Below, piece after piece: positions 1-17,114 of a DNA stretch of 64,000 bases (positions are counted from its first letter, which is position 1; every line of letters begins with the position of its first letter). The stretch is from the human T2T-CHM13v2.0 reference genome, Homo sapiens. The position numbers were made by a program, and so were the translations under genes. The DNA lies in the NCBI RefSeq assembly GCF_009914755.1, contig NC_060932.1. One strand, given 5' to 3'. A model generated the notes under the pieces. The model was not told the DNA's origin. It worked only from the letters and a program-made list of their open reading frames with translations, and made no database searches.

Positions 1-1500
<1,500 letters not shown>

Positions 1501-1627
1501 CATTTCCTGACCCCACAATGACAATCACAAACCTCCTCGGCGGCCAGGGTCTCCTCCTCCCACGGCTCCATGTGTCCCACTCTTGTCCACAAGGCATATA
1601 GTTTGTATTTTTAAAAATCACAAAGTT

Positions 1628-2992
<1,365 letters not shown>

Positions 2993-3041
2993 GGTTGGGA
3001 CAGGGCCCCGGGAGAAGGCGTCTGAGGGCACGGGTACTCAC

Positions 3042-3136
3042 CTCCTGGACTTGCCATCCCCTTGGGCTTTGTGCTCAGCCCTCGCCCTCCTCAGCTCTGC
3101 CCTGGCCTCAGCCACCTGCTCCTTCTTTGCCTGGAT
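3042..3136 (-). CDS. TOP1MT: TOP1MT exon 12 (linker domain); exons 13-14 are outside the window
   Basis: IQAKKEQVAEARAELRRARAEHKAQGDGKSR; cag|ATC ... AG|gtgagt; 95 nt. Confidence 0.95.
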
Positions 3137-3313
3137 CTGCAGGAAAAGGGTCCAGACAGGGCTGCCCCTCCCCGTCCCGCACCAGCCCCTGTGCCCACAC
3201 CCTTCCACACCCTACGTGCCCACCGCAGCTGGCTCCCAGGCCTGTGCCGAGGCTCTGGGGAGGGGGACGGGTCCCTCGAGGGCTGGGCTGGGGGCTCTCC
3301 TGGGAGCTGCTAC

Positions 3314-3441
3314 CTTCGTCTGGAGATTCTGCATCGACTTCTCGAACGTACTGGGGGTTGCTCGCTGATGGTTGCAGAGAATGGCCACGACTCGGTTGGC
3401 TCGGTTGTAGGATAAGATCTTAGCTGCTATGCTGTCCTCGG
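3314..3441 (-). CDS. TOP1MT: TOP1MT exon 11 (catalytic His468, equivalent to TOP1 H632)
   Basis: [43 protein letters not shown]; 128 nt. Confidence 0.97.
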
Positions 3442-3728
3442 CTGAGAGGCACGGGCTGTCAGAGGCAGCACCCACGGGGCCGGCCACCCTCCCTGTCTGC
3501 CCTGAGCCGGCCTTAACGCGCCACACAGCGCAGCCCCTTCTACTCACACAGGCACCCACTGGGATGGGGAGAGTGAGGGCCAAGGGTCAGTGACCCTCCA
3601 AGGTGGCCTCGAGAGCAGGGCCCAGCGTCTTTAACCACAGCAACAAGGCTTCACGTGGGGCCACAGCACAGGTAGCACCACCCGGGCCTTCCCAGGCCCC
3701 ATGGCAAGGAGGCCCAGCCGCCTGGACG

Positions 3729-3882
3729 GGCGAGTCTGCCTGTCACAAGTCCCCAGCACCCGGCTTCCCCTGGCGAGTCTGTGGGTCCCTGCCTGTCACA
3801 AGTCCCCAGCACCCGGCTTCCCCTGGCGAGTCTGTGGGTCCCTGCCTGTCACAAGTCCCCAGCACCCGGCTTCCCCTGGCGA
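3729..3882. repeat. 53-bp tandem repeat, about 3 copies (TOP1MT intron 10)
   Basis: gagtctgtgggtccctgcctgtcacaagtccccagcacccggcttcccctggc at 3775 and 3828; a 43-bp variant at 3732. Confidence 0.9.
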
Positions 3883-4927
3883 CATCCCCTCAAGGTACCA
3901 CGTTGTCTCCATTTTCCAGTCAAGAATGAGGTTCAGAGAACGTAAGCACTGGCCCCAAGGCACCTACTGGAGCGGCCACTCCTTCACGCCCATCCTGCAT
4001 GGCCCACCCAGCTCTGGAAGCACGTCCACAGTGGGCCCAGCACCTTCATTTCCTCTCCCAGGCCCGGCCTCGGCCCCTATGCCCTCACCCAGAATCTTCT
4101 GCCTCCCTCAGTGGAGGGGGCGTCTCCTCTCCTGGGGCTCTCACCTGGATGCCAGCTAGCTCCTCCGCATCCCACAGCCCCATTGCTGCCCCAGCTCCAA
4201 GGTTGTCCCCAGGGCAGCACAGCACCGGCCTCTGAGGCCCACGGGTGCACGCGAAACACATGCCGAGCGTCAGCGCCCCTGAGCACCCAGCCTCGGCGCC
4301 TCCTCCAGGAAGCCCTGCTTGGGGAGTGCGGTGGGCGCCGGGGTGGGAGGCACCCTCTGGACAGTCTGTGCATCCAATCTGCCCGGACATCACAGAGCAG
4401 CCCGGACATCACGGAGCAGGGGCAGCGCCAGGGACAGAGGGAGGAGAGGCCCTCACCAAGCTTAGACGGCATCCCCAGGTTGATGGCAGGGGACAAAGAG
4501 CAGAGGGCCCTGAAGCTGAGACAGGGCCGTGGACAGAGGCCCAGAGGTCGGGGTGCTCAGACAGCTGAGGGTGGGAGGGACAGAACCACTGGAAAGTGCA
4601 GAGGCCTCCTGGGCCTTCAAGAAAGAACCCTGAGGAGGAGCTGAGGAACACCACCAGGCCATGGGGCCTGAGTAGGGCTCAGCAGTAGGGGCCGCCCCGC
4701 AGGGAGAACGTGGCTGGGATGCCTGGGGTCCCGAGAGCCAGAACCTCCCTCCTCCTCCCCAGGACTCTGGCCACCTAGGCTGCCAAGCAGCCAGCCCACA
4801 ACCTCAGCCCATTTCCCAAAGAAGCGGCCCCACCCCGAGGCTCACTCAACAAGGGCCAGCCGGGGAGCCCGGTCTGGGGCAGGGGCCGTGCTCCCCCGCG
4901 CTGAGTGTGGGTGTGGGGCCTGCTCAC

Positions 4928-5042
4928 CGCGCGTCAGGGCCCGCAGCTGCTCCTGCAGAGTGATGGAGGCGTTGTAGGTCCGGAACACCTTGGCCGTCAG
5001 CCCGTCCATCAGCTCCTGGAGGTGCTTGTTCAGGCTGGTCGT
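4928..5042 (-). CDS. TOP1MT: TOP1MT exon 10 (catalytic Arg426, equivalent to TOP1 R590)
   Basis: [38 protein letters not shown]; 115 nt. Confidence 0.97.
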
Positions 5043-5222
5043 CTGGGGAGGAAAATGGTCTCTATAATTATGTGGTTTTGCGGGGCCGTCCCAGCCTCCC
5101 GCGGGAAGGAAAGGACATGTCAGTCGTTGGGTCAGGACAAAACCCTGGGCCAGACTCAGCGCCCACGCCCTCTCACTGGGTCCTGCCGCCGCCCACTGCT
5201 GAGGAAACACGAGCCGGCTTAC

Positions 5223-5291
5223 GGTCAGCCTGTCGAAGAGGTCGTCCCGGGGGTCCTTGTTCTCCATAAAGAGCTGTAAGTTCTTGTACAC
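5223..5291 (-). CDS. TOP1MT: TOP1MT exon 9
   Basis: [23 protein letters not shown]; 69 nt; AG/GT. Confidence 0.96.
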
Positions 5292-6489
5292 CTGAAGGAG
5301 AAAGAAGGAATTTCAGAGGACAGAAAAAACCCGAATCCAGTGAGGACCTGAAGGGCGTCTACGCAGAGCCTGGGAGCCCACGGGAGGCTTCCCTGAGGAA
5401 GGTGGCCCGAGCAGCATCACCGTCACCTGTCGGCATCCTCCCGTGACACGGCCCCCACCCTCCAGTGTGGCAGTCACCGCTACCACACGCACAGGCAGCG
5501 TGCTCAGGAGGTGGGCGTGACTCCTGCCCTGCAAACCCCCTGGGTGACCGCGGCAGGTGGCCCAGAGTCCCCGGCTCCTTCTTCCATCAATGCCGGATTT
5601 CCACCAGGTGAGCCCACACCCTTGTAATGTGAGACACTCATCTGACATCACAGGACCTCAGGGCCTTCGGGGTTCCTGTGTCCAACCTCCCTCCACCAGT
5701 CCCTTTGGGGAGAGGACATTAATTCCCTTCTGGAAAGACCAACCCTGCTCCGAGGAAACGCCAGCCTGCACCTGCACCCATGCCTGCCCTCCCCTCAGTT
5801 TCACCTGCTGGTCCTCCTACAAGTGGCAGGCACCCTCCCTGAGCGCTGGGCATCGGCTCCAGGGCGGAGGTTGCTGTGGCCTCTGTGTTGCTCTCTCCAG
5901 CACCAGCATGGCAGCCCTCCCTCACCAGACACGGGCAGGAGGCCCCGCACCCCCAACTGGCCCCCTCATCAGCCTGGCACCATGGCTGATGAACCCCATT
6001 CTACAAACCCACAGGCACCGGGACACGGCGGGAAGCCCCAGCCCACAGCTCCCGACTTCTGGCTTCTTCCCTCATCTTCCTCTACACGTTTGGTTTCACA
6101 CCGCTGATCTTGACGAGGCTTTATGTCCCGCCTTTTTCTCTACATCACATGCATTCCGTTACCGAGTGCTCCCCTGGACAGCACTGCAAATGGCTGGCTA
6201 GTCCTCTGTCTGGACAGAGTGCAACTCCCCATCCAGGCCTGCACCACAGCCGATGCTTCACCACGGCAGGGGCACTGTGGTGAGCACCTCCTTGCCTCTT
6301 CCTTTCGTGTGTTGGCTTCTGTCTCCTACCTCCGATTAATTCATTCCTTAGGAATGACTTCCCGACCAGACTGCCTGAGGCCGGGCCCTGCCAGGGACTC
6401 CTGTTTCTCTGCTGCCCTCAACACCTGTCCCCAAACTTCCATTTCTGTTTTTCAACGGCTCCACTCCATCCCACGGTTGGGTCACATTA

Positions 6490-6681
<192 letters not shown>

Positions 6682-6961
6682 TGAGGTGCAGGGAGTTCGT
6701 GCGTGGATCTGTCCAACGTCACTGCGACGTGGCGCCCACCCAGACAGGGGACACCGTGACTCTTCAGGACAGCCATTCAAAGGTGAGGATGCTCCCCAGG
6801 TTCCAGTCTTCCTTCAAGCCAGTCTGGAGACCAGAGATCTACCCAGCCCTTCCCGACCACACTCATCCCTCTGGGCATCGATGCTGGTGGAGCTAGGGGC
6901 TGTGGGGGTGGTGGGCAGCCACTAGTCCCTGCAGCAGAGGAAAGAGGGCAGCCCCTCCCAG

Positions 6962-8140
<1,179 letters not shown>

Positions 8141-8405
8141 TCCGGCCGGGGGGCAGGAGACGAAGCTGGCGTGACACACGTGCCCTTTTCAGCCCCCGAC
8201 CAGCTCCCTTGTGAACCCTTGGGTCTACCATGGTGCACAGCCTCTCCTTCACCTTTACCCCGATCAGCCCCGGCACAGCAGGCCTCACCCAGCAGGCAGG
8301 ACGTGGCAAACGGGCCACAGACCCCATGGCAGCTCCGGCACGCCCCCAGACATCCAGAGCAAATACGTGTCACATAGCGGGGGCAGCTGGCGCGAGGGCA
8401 CTCAC

Positions 8406-8591
8406 CGGCTTCTCCACCGGCACTCTGTTGTAGTAGCGGATGCAGTCCTTCCCCAGGAAGTCAAATTCCACCACGTGTTGGCAGCCATCGGCCTCCGGGT
8501 GCAGCTGGACGTGCTCCACGCGGAGGGAACAGCAGCCCACGGTGTCGGCCGCCTCACCGTCCTCCTTCTCATTTCCTGCTCTCAGTGCCAG
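8406..8591 (-). CDS. TOP1MT: TOP1MT exon 8 (catalytic Arg324 and Lys368, equivalent to TOP1 R488/K532)
   Basis: [62 protein letters not shown]; 186 nt; phase 0-0. Confidence 0.97.
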
Positions 8592-8625
8592 CTAGTTGGT
8601 GGGGAATGGTCAAAGTGGGTGGTGC

Positions 8626-11600
8626 GTGCACACGCACGCCACACACACGCACGCCACACACATGCACGCCACACGCACGCCACACACGCCACACACACGC
8701 ACTCCACACACGCACGCCACACACACGCACGCCACACACGCACGCCACACGCACGCACGCCACACAGGCACGCCACACGCACGCACGCCACACGCACGCA
8801 CGCCACACGCACGCACGCCACACGCACGCCACACACACGCACGCCACACACACGCACGCCACGCACGCACGCCACGCACGCACGCCACGCACACATGCCA
8901 CACACGCACGCCACACACAGGTATGCCACACACGCACGCCATAAACACAGGCATGCCATACACACGCACGCCACACACGCACGCCACACACACACACGCT
9001 ACACACACACGCACGCTACACACACACGCCACACACACGCCACACACACAGGCACGCCACACACACACAGGCACGCCACACGCACGCCACACACGCATGC
9101 CACACACACGCACGCCACACACGCATGCCACACACAGCCACGCCACACACACACGCCACACACACACAGGCACGCCACACACGCACGCCACACACACGCA
9201 TGCCACACACACGCCACACACACAGGCACGCCACACACAGGCACGCCACACACGCACGCCACACACGCACGCCACACACGCACGCCACACACGCACGCCA
9301 CACACAGGCACGCCACACACGCACGCCACACACACGCACGCCACACACACACGCACGCCACACACACACGCACGCCACAAACGCACGCCACACACGCACG
9401 CCACACACGCACGCCAGCCACACACGCACGCCACACACGAACGCCACACAAACGCCACACACACGAATGCCACACGCACACCACACACGCACGCCACACA
9501 CGCACGCCACACACGCACGCCACACACAGGCATGCCACACACATGCACGCCACACACAGGCACGCCACACACGCACGCCACACACAGGCATGCCAAACAC
9601 GCACGCCACACATGCATGCCACACACACAGGCACACCACACACAGGCACGCCACACACACAGGCACGCCACACACATGCACGCCACACACGCACGCCACA
9701 CGCACGCCACACGCACGCCACACACGCATGCCACACGCACACCACACGCACGCCACACACAGGCACGCCACACACACACAGGCACGCCACACACATGCAC
9801 GCCACACGCATGCCACACACGCACGCCACACGCATGCCACACACGCACGCCACACACATGCTCACCACACGCACGCCACACACATGCACGCCACACCCAC
9901 AGGCACGCCATACAGATGCATGCCACACACACAGGCACGCCACACACGCACGCCACACAGGCATGCCAAACACGCACGCCACACATGCACGCCACACACA
10001 CAGGCACGCCACACGCACGCCACACACGCATGCCACACGCACGCCACACACAGGCATGCCACACACAGGCACACCACACACATGCACGCCACACACATGC
10101 ACGCCACACACGCACGCCACACACATGCTCACCACACGCACGCCACACACATGCACGCCACACACATGCACGCCACACCCACAGGCACGCCATACAGATG
10201 CATGCCACACACACAGGCACGCCACACACGCACGCCACACACACAGGCACGCCACACACGCACGCCACACATGCTCACCACACACGCACGCCACACACAT
10301 GCACACCACACGCACGCCACACACAGGCATGCCACACAGGCACGCCACACAGGCACGCCACACGCACGCCACACACACAGGCACGCCACACAACAGGCAC
10401 GCCACACAGGCACGCCAAAGATGCACGCCACACACACGTACGCCACACACACAGACACGCCACACACATGCACGCCACACACATGCAGGCCACACACATG
10501 CATGCCACACAGGCACGTCACACACACACGCCACACACGCACACCACACACGCACGCCACACACGCACGCCACACACGCACGCCACACGCACGCAACACA
10601 CGCACGCCACACGCACGCCACACGCACGCCACACACAGGCACGCCACACACGCCACACACGCACGCCACACACGCACGCACGCCACACACGCACGCCACA
10701 CACAGGCACGCCACACATGCAACACACACATGCATGCCACACACAGGCACGTCACACACACACGCCACACACGCACACCACACGCACGCAACACACGCAC
10801 GCCACACGCACGCAACACACGCACGCCACACGCACGCCACACACGCACGCCACACGCACGCCACACACAGGCACGCCACACACGCCACACACGCACGCCA
10901 CACACGCACGCCACACACAGGCACGCCACACACATGCACACACACACATGCACGCCACACAGGCACGCCACACACAGGCACACCACACACGCACGCCACA
11001 CACAGGCATGCCAAACACGCACGCCACACATGCACGCCACACACACAGGCACACCACACACAGGCATGCCACACAGGCACGCCACACACACAGGCACGCC
11101 ACACACGCATGCCACACACAGGCACACCACACAGGCACGCCACACACAGGCACGCCACACACACAGGCACGCCACACACATGCACGCCACACACGCACGC
11201 CACACACGCACGCCACACACATGCTCACCACACGCACGCCACACACATGCACGCCACACACATGCACGCCACACCCACAGGCACGCCACACAGATGCATG
11301 CCACACACACAGGCACGCCACACACGCACGCCACACACACAGGCACGCCACACACGCACGCCACACGCACGCCACACACATGCTCACCACACACGCACGC
11401 CACACACATGCACGCCACACAGGCACGCCACACACACATGCACGCCACACACATGCTCACCACACATGCACGCCACACACATGCTCACCACACATGCACG
11501 CCACACACATGCACGCCCCACACACAGACATGCCACACACAGGCACACCACACACACAAGTGCACACACACCACACAATGCACATGCACACCCTACACAC

Positions 11601-11636
11601 ATGTTCACACCCACACACGTGTGCACATGCACACAC
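8626..11636. repeat. 3.0-kb complex (CA)n/CACGCACGCCA repeat array filling TOP1MT intron 7
   Basis: Core units cacgcacgcca, cacaggcacgcca and cacatgcacgcca separated by variable (CA)n; intron 7 spans 8592-11762. Confidence 0.97.
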
Positions 11637-11762
11637 CCCCCCCATCAGAATGAGGTTCCACCCCACACACAGGCCCACGTCGCCACACTGCACCATCCAA
11701 CTGGGAGTCCTCGCCAGGAGAACCAGGATGAAGAGCCGCCAGGAAGCGAGAAGGCCGCATAC

Positions 11763-11906
11763 CTTATCGATGAAATACAGGGCCACCGCCCGCTGTCTCG
11801 TCTTCATTTCCCGAGACTTCCAGTCAGCCCGGTACTGGGAGCGGATCTCGTCCACAAATCCCCGCAGGCGTCGAGCTGTTTCAAACTTCTGCCAAGCTGT
11901 CTCCCC
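11763..11906 (-). CDS. TOP1MT: TOP1MT exon 7
   Basis: [48 protein letters not shown]; 144 nt; phase 0-0. Confidence 0.97.
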
Positions 11907-12248
11907 CTAAACGAAGAAAATAACAGGAAAGAAAACATTCACATTCCTGTTAAATAACGGAGGAGGCTGTCAACTCTCCCTCCCCCAAACCTCGTGCTTC
12001 TCCACTCAGTGGTGCCGTGGTCAGGGGCTGGGGCAGCAAATCTAGCTGGGTGATGCCGGCAGTGAGCACCCATGCCCACTCCTGGCTTTGGGGCTTGTGC
12101 CTGCTGGCACAGCATGACCTCAGCACGGGCTGGCCGACTCCCAGCCCATCTCAGAAGCCTCTGCCGGTGCCCGGCTTACACACCTCCCTGCCGGCGTCCT
12201 CAGGGGGACCTCCTGGGGAGGAAACACCCTGCCAAGCCCTGCGCTCAC

Positions 12249-12393
12249 CTTCAGCTTCGAGCAAGGGTTCAGCATGATGTACTTGATGGAGTTCTGAACG
12301 CTCTCGGTCCAAGCTGCCAGCCACGTGACGGTGTTATCGGAGCGCACCTCCTTCCACTGGTGCCCCGCCGGCGGCTCGGGGATCTTCGAGTCC
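12249..12393 (-). CDS. TOP1MT: TOP1MT exon 6
   Basis: [48 protein letters not shown]; 145 nt; codon 256 (12299-12297) is GTT = Val. Confidence 0.97.
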
Positions 12394-13109
12394 CTGCAGC
12401 AGAACAACGACCCAAACATAACTTGGAGACCTTATTCTCTGGAATGCAAGCAAAAGGAGCTGCTCTGGTCAACCATCCCACGTGGTGGCTATGGTGGTGG
12501 CATGGCTCCTGACCGAGTCTGGCATCAGAGGTGGCCTGCCTGGCAGCTCAGACAAAAGCAGCCACTCAATCTACCCTCTGCACACACAGGAAGGCCACAG
12601 TGCACCAGGAGGCTGGGCGGCCACCCAAGCAAGGCACCGCTCTGCACAGACCTCTCAGCACCAACTGGGACGACGAGTGCCCTGCCCCACACAGCCTGGC
12701 CACTGGGGGTCCTGCAGGCAGGGTCCCTACTCCACCCTGTGGTCACACAGTACAACACGTGGCCCAGCAGTCCCCTCTCCACCACTTGGAATGTCCCTCC
12801 AATAAGTTCAAAACACCTAATGCTACTGGGCCATCCAGATGGTGTGGGATATGAAAACCACATGGAGGTGTCCTTGGCGGGAGAAAGTCTCAGCCATAGC
12901 AAGGCGAGGACTTCCGACCCCGTGGGAAGCACCCTGGGAAGGCCGCCCTTGCCCGGCCACGCCTACAGGCTGAGCTCCACAGGAATGGTGTGGGGGTCAC
13001 CAACCACATGTTTCTCGGTGTGCCTCCCTCTCCCAGGAGGTGAAGAAAAGCCAGCCTCACCCGGGTGGCGGGGGTCCAGTGCCCGCCTGCTGCCCGCCCG
13101 GCCACGCAC

Positions 13110-13297
13110 CTGCTGCAGTTGATAACCACATCCTCTGGCGTGATCCTTCTCTTCAGCATCCCCATCTTGGGATGGTCGCCACGGCCACGGAACAAGCCAG
13201 GCGGCTCAATCTTGAAGTTGCCTATTTTTTCTTGGTGACCATCTAAAATACAGTAGCCGAACTCTTGCTGAAGTTTTTCTGCCTCTTCTTTTAGCTT
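13110..13297 (-). CDS. TOP1MT: TOP1MT exon 5
   Basis: [62 protein letters not shown]; Topo [12 protein letters not shown] motif; 188 nt. Confidence 0.97.
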
Positions 13298-13985
13298 CTG
13301 AGTTAATAAAACAGTCAGTGGACATTAGCAGTGAAGAGAAGAGAACAGGCCTCAGTCCGTTGTTGCTAACCCGGGACCACCCTGCTCTGTCTGGCTAACT
13401 CAGCTGGACCCTCAAAGCCCTTCACAATCCATGGAGGTTGCAGGGGCAGGGGACGGTGCAGGTGGGCTTGCAGGGGGCACCGAGAGCCATGGCCTAACCA
13501 CCCCATGGCCTGGACTCCCCGGCCCCTGCACAGACTTCGGCTGTTTTAGGCCTAAGCAGTAAAGCCAGGTGGAGGGAGCGTGGCTGCCCGCCATGGAGGA
13601 GGAGGGCTAAGGGAATCCCTGAGAAGGCCACATGGAGATCACAGCACGGCAGGTTCCTGTTAGATGTAGGGAGACGCATGGCACAGAACAGCAAGAAGCC
13701 GACTGGCCTGCACAAGCCCCGCCCTCAGCCCACGGCCCGTCTGGGAACCCACCCTTGATCAATGATGGTAAATTATCCATTTCAAACCGGGTTTACTCTC
13801 AAATGTGCTCTGGGGAAGCGGAACGACACTTAAGCACATGCAGGGGCGCTAAGGCTGACGAGAAAAGAGCAGCTTTGTGAGAAGGGGCTTCTCTAAGGCC
13901 ACAGGCCTTTCTCAGTCTTTGGGCCAGGCCGGCCTCTCGTTCCCAGGGGCCACTTCAGGTCACACAACGCTCGAGGCAGCCCAAC

Positions 13986-14108
13986 CTGCTTCTCCTCCCT
14001 GCTCAGGACTTTCCGGGCTGCGGCCTTGTCCACAAAGTATCTGTGGATCTCCGTGAAGTCACACTTGTCCAGGCTCTTGATGACTTCCCTCTCTTCCACC
14101 GCCATTTC
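13986..14108 (-). CDS. TOP1MT: TOP1MT exon 4
   Basis: EMAVEEREVIKSLDKCDFTEIHRYFVDKAAARKVLSREEKQ; 123 nt; AG/GT. Confidence 0.97.
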
Positions 14109-14119
14109 CTGCAAAAACC

Positions 14120-14216
14120 ACAGACACGCGCTCTCACCATGTCTGAAGGACAGACATGCAGAGCGCTCTCGCCATGTCTGACGGACAGAAACGCGCTCTC
14201 GCCATGTCCGACGGAG
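14120..14216. repeat. Three short (~30-36 bp) repeats next to the exon 4 acceptor
   Basis: gcgctctc(a/g)ccatgtc(t/c)ga(a/c)gga x3. Confidence 0.8.
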
Positions 14217-14565
14217 GCGTGTGTGCAATAGGCAGAACCTGCGCACGGTCCTGCGGCCCCGTAAATAGAGCCTCTCCCCGCAGACCCCACAGATAGAGCT
14301 GGTTCTGTTATTGCAGGCATGGAGTTGGGTGGGGCAGCGGAGGGCACAGTTCTCCAAAAGCAACTTCACAACAAGTCAGTAGTAAAACTGGCTAAAACCT
14401 TTGCACCCAATAATTCCACTTTGAGATCCATCCTAAATAAACTCTCCAGTATGAAAACCCGGATGACGACCGCACTAAGGGCAACTGCAGAAACGCCATG
14501 ACCGGACAGAGCAGGATACATGGTCGGGAGCTCATTTGGTGAACGTGACGGGATTCGCGAGGGCA

Positions 14566-14915
14566 AAGTCTCAGTCCATACGTGCTGCTGCCACAAAATA
14601 CCGGGGACTGGTCAGTTGTAAATCATAGTCACAGCTCTGGGGGCTGGAAGGCTGGGATCAGGGTCCCAGCATTTGACGTCTATGGAGGGCCCAGTCCCTG
14701 CTTCTGAGAGGATGCCCTGAAGGCTGTCCTCACACAGTGGAGGGGACAGAAGGACAGAAGGGGCCCAGCTAATTCCACCCAGCCCTGCCCTAAGGCCCTA
14801 AATTAATCCTAAGGGCTGCAGCAAGGTGGAGTCCTCACAGCCCAATCAGCTCCTAAAGGCCCTCCCTCTGTCCTGTGGTGCTGGGGATTCAGTTTCAAGG
14901 TGAATTTTGGAAAGC
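14566..14915 (-). mobile_element. MaLR LTR (MLT1A/MST-like) remnant
   Basis: gtctcagtccat...gctgccacaaaatacc...tcacagctctgggggctggaag...gggattcagtttcaa. Confidence 0.6.
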
Positions 14916-15589
14916 ACAGCAGAAAACAGTTTGACGATGATCTACCCGTGTGGAGACTAAGCGGGATAAAATGCTAAGTGGGGAAAACATTACAGGCACA
15001 CTGATCACACTCACACGAAAACTAGTGCCCAGGAAAAGCCAGGACGCGGGAACAGGAGACACTGACCTGAGGGAGAGCCGCAGATCACAGGCAACTGTTT
15101 CTCCTTTCGTTTCCTACACAACAAAAACTCTGCACAGCCCATGGACAAAAGCCCAGGCTTGCGGGCACCAGCTCACGGTCCCAGTCCAGGCTCGGCCACT
15201 TAGGCCTGTGAGACCTCAGGAGCTGCTGTCAAACGTGTCTCGCTGTGGGATGGGGATGATCCGCCTCTTCCGAGGAGCTCAGGTACGACACCATCTGTGC
15301 CAGGATGGAGCCCTGCTCGGCCACAACCACGGGCTCAGGGTCCGTCCCTGTGTCTCCCGGGGCCGCCGGATGTGCCACCCACTCCTGTTCTGCTGCTTTG
15401 TGACACTGCCTCCCTTCCTAGCTCTGCTAGTGACTGGAAGAAGTGCTGACCAGAGGGAGAATGAGGATGCCGGGCAGCTGGTGCCACCTCACAAAGCTGT
15501 CGTGAAAGGCAGAGGGGTGGCATCAGGACAAAGGAAGAGGGTCCAGAAGCGGAGCCTGCACAGGGGACAAGGAAGCACAGGCTCCAGCA

Positions 15590-16560
15590 GCTGGCTCGGG
15601 GCAGTCAGACACCCACATGCAACACACGAGCCTCGGCCTCTACCCCACACTATAACCAAAATTAACTCAGAGTTCCACCTAAACCAAGCTGACCTCAATG
15701 GAAACCTAAAACCAAAACTTCTAGGAAAAACATAGGAGGAAATCTCTGTGCTGCCGAATTCAGCAGATTTCTTAGACAAAACAACAAAAGCAAACCTGTG
15801 ACAAAACATGAAACGTGGGACCTCATCAGTATTCCAAACTCCTGACCTTCCAAAGACATTGTTAAGAGAACGCAAATAGAAACTACAAACACCATGAAAG
15901 ATTTTTGCAAATCATATTTCTGATAATGGACTTAAAACAGGACACAAAAGTACTCACCATAAAAGACAGATTGATAAACGGCATAACTAAGTTACAGTTT
16001 TCTGTTTGGAGACCTCACTGAGAAGTGAAAAGGCAAAGTCTGGGAGATGACATTCACAGCATGTGCGTCTGGCAAAGAACCTGCACCCAGGATGCGTTTT
16101 TAAAACTCCGATAAATGAGCGAGGAATACGCAAGCAACTCAGTTTTTTAAATAGACAAAAGTTCACGAAAGAAAATACTGAAATGACACGTCAGTACACC
16201 AAAAGATGCTTAATATCACTTGTCATTAGGGAAACGCAAACCACACCCACGGCGAGGTGTCATTTTGTGCCCACTAGAAAGGTGCCTCGCACCCGCGGCA
16301 GGCGTGTGGACAGTTCAGTCTGGTGTTGCTAGTAAGCTGGACATACGTGACCCAGCAATTTCACCCCAAGTCCTGTCAGAGGCAACTCACACGTATGTGC
16401 CCTCACCCACGTGGGAATGTTCATGGCAGCTTTACACATGCAAAGGCCTAAAACAGGAATTAATCAAACACCCACGAATAGGGAAATGGACTAGCATGAG
16501 TCACGGAACAGAGGAAACGCGACCCGGCCAGAGCCAGGCAGATGCTGCGGGACAAGCAGT
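15590..16560 (+). mobile_element. Old L1 3' region fragment
   Basis: aaaattaactcag; aaaacttctaggaaaaacataggag; aaaagatgcttaatatcacttgtcattagggaaacgcaaac. Confidence 0.7.
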
Positions 16561-17114
16561 CAGGGGCGAGCCTCGCAGGTGTGGGGCAGACAGAAACCCC
16601 GGAGGGCACAGAGTCCGCGGCACACACATAAAATCAGTCAGGCCATGGGCGAAGGGCAGTCACCTTGAAAATGAGCAAGGAAAAAGCCTTGAGGCAGCAC
16701 CCTCCCCTCCAAAGAGCTTCTCGCCAAGCATGTCTTCCTGGGGGCTGGGAAATGGCATGCGGCCTCCTCTACTCTCCTTCTTATATGCCAGACCCCTGTC
16801 CTTTCAGCGGTCCATGGAGTAAGGACCACAAATCGGCCTCCACATCCACAGCCTGCCTGGGAAGGGAAAGGTCTGAGGTGCACTAGGCTGGACACACTGG
16901 CACCGCCTATGGTCCCAGCTACTCAGGAGGCCGAGACAGGAGGATGGCTTGAGCCCAGGAGCTCGAAGCTGCAAAGAGCCATGACGGCACCTGTGAGTGG
17001 TCACACAGGGGCCACCGAGAACTTGCGAGGGGCGTTCAGAGGCAGCACTGCAGAACCGCAGACGCCTAGCCAGCCAGGTCCAGGACAGCTGTGGCGGCCG
17101 CCCAGGGTACCTAC

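Noticed and set aside
8211-11957. 1248-aa and other very long His/Thr/Arg- or Cys/Val-rich ORFs
   Set aside because: Artefact of the CA-rich array, which almost lacks stop codons in several frames; intronic or antisense to TOP1MT
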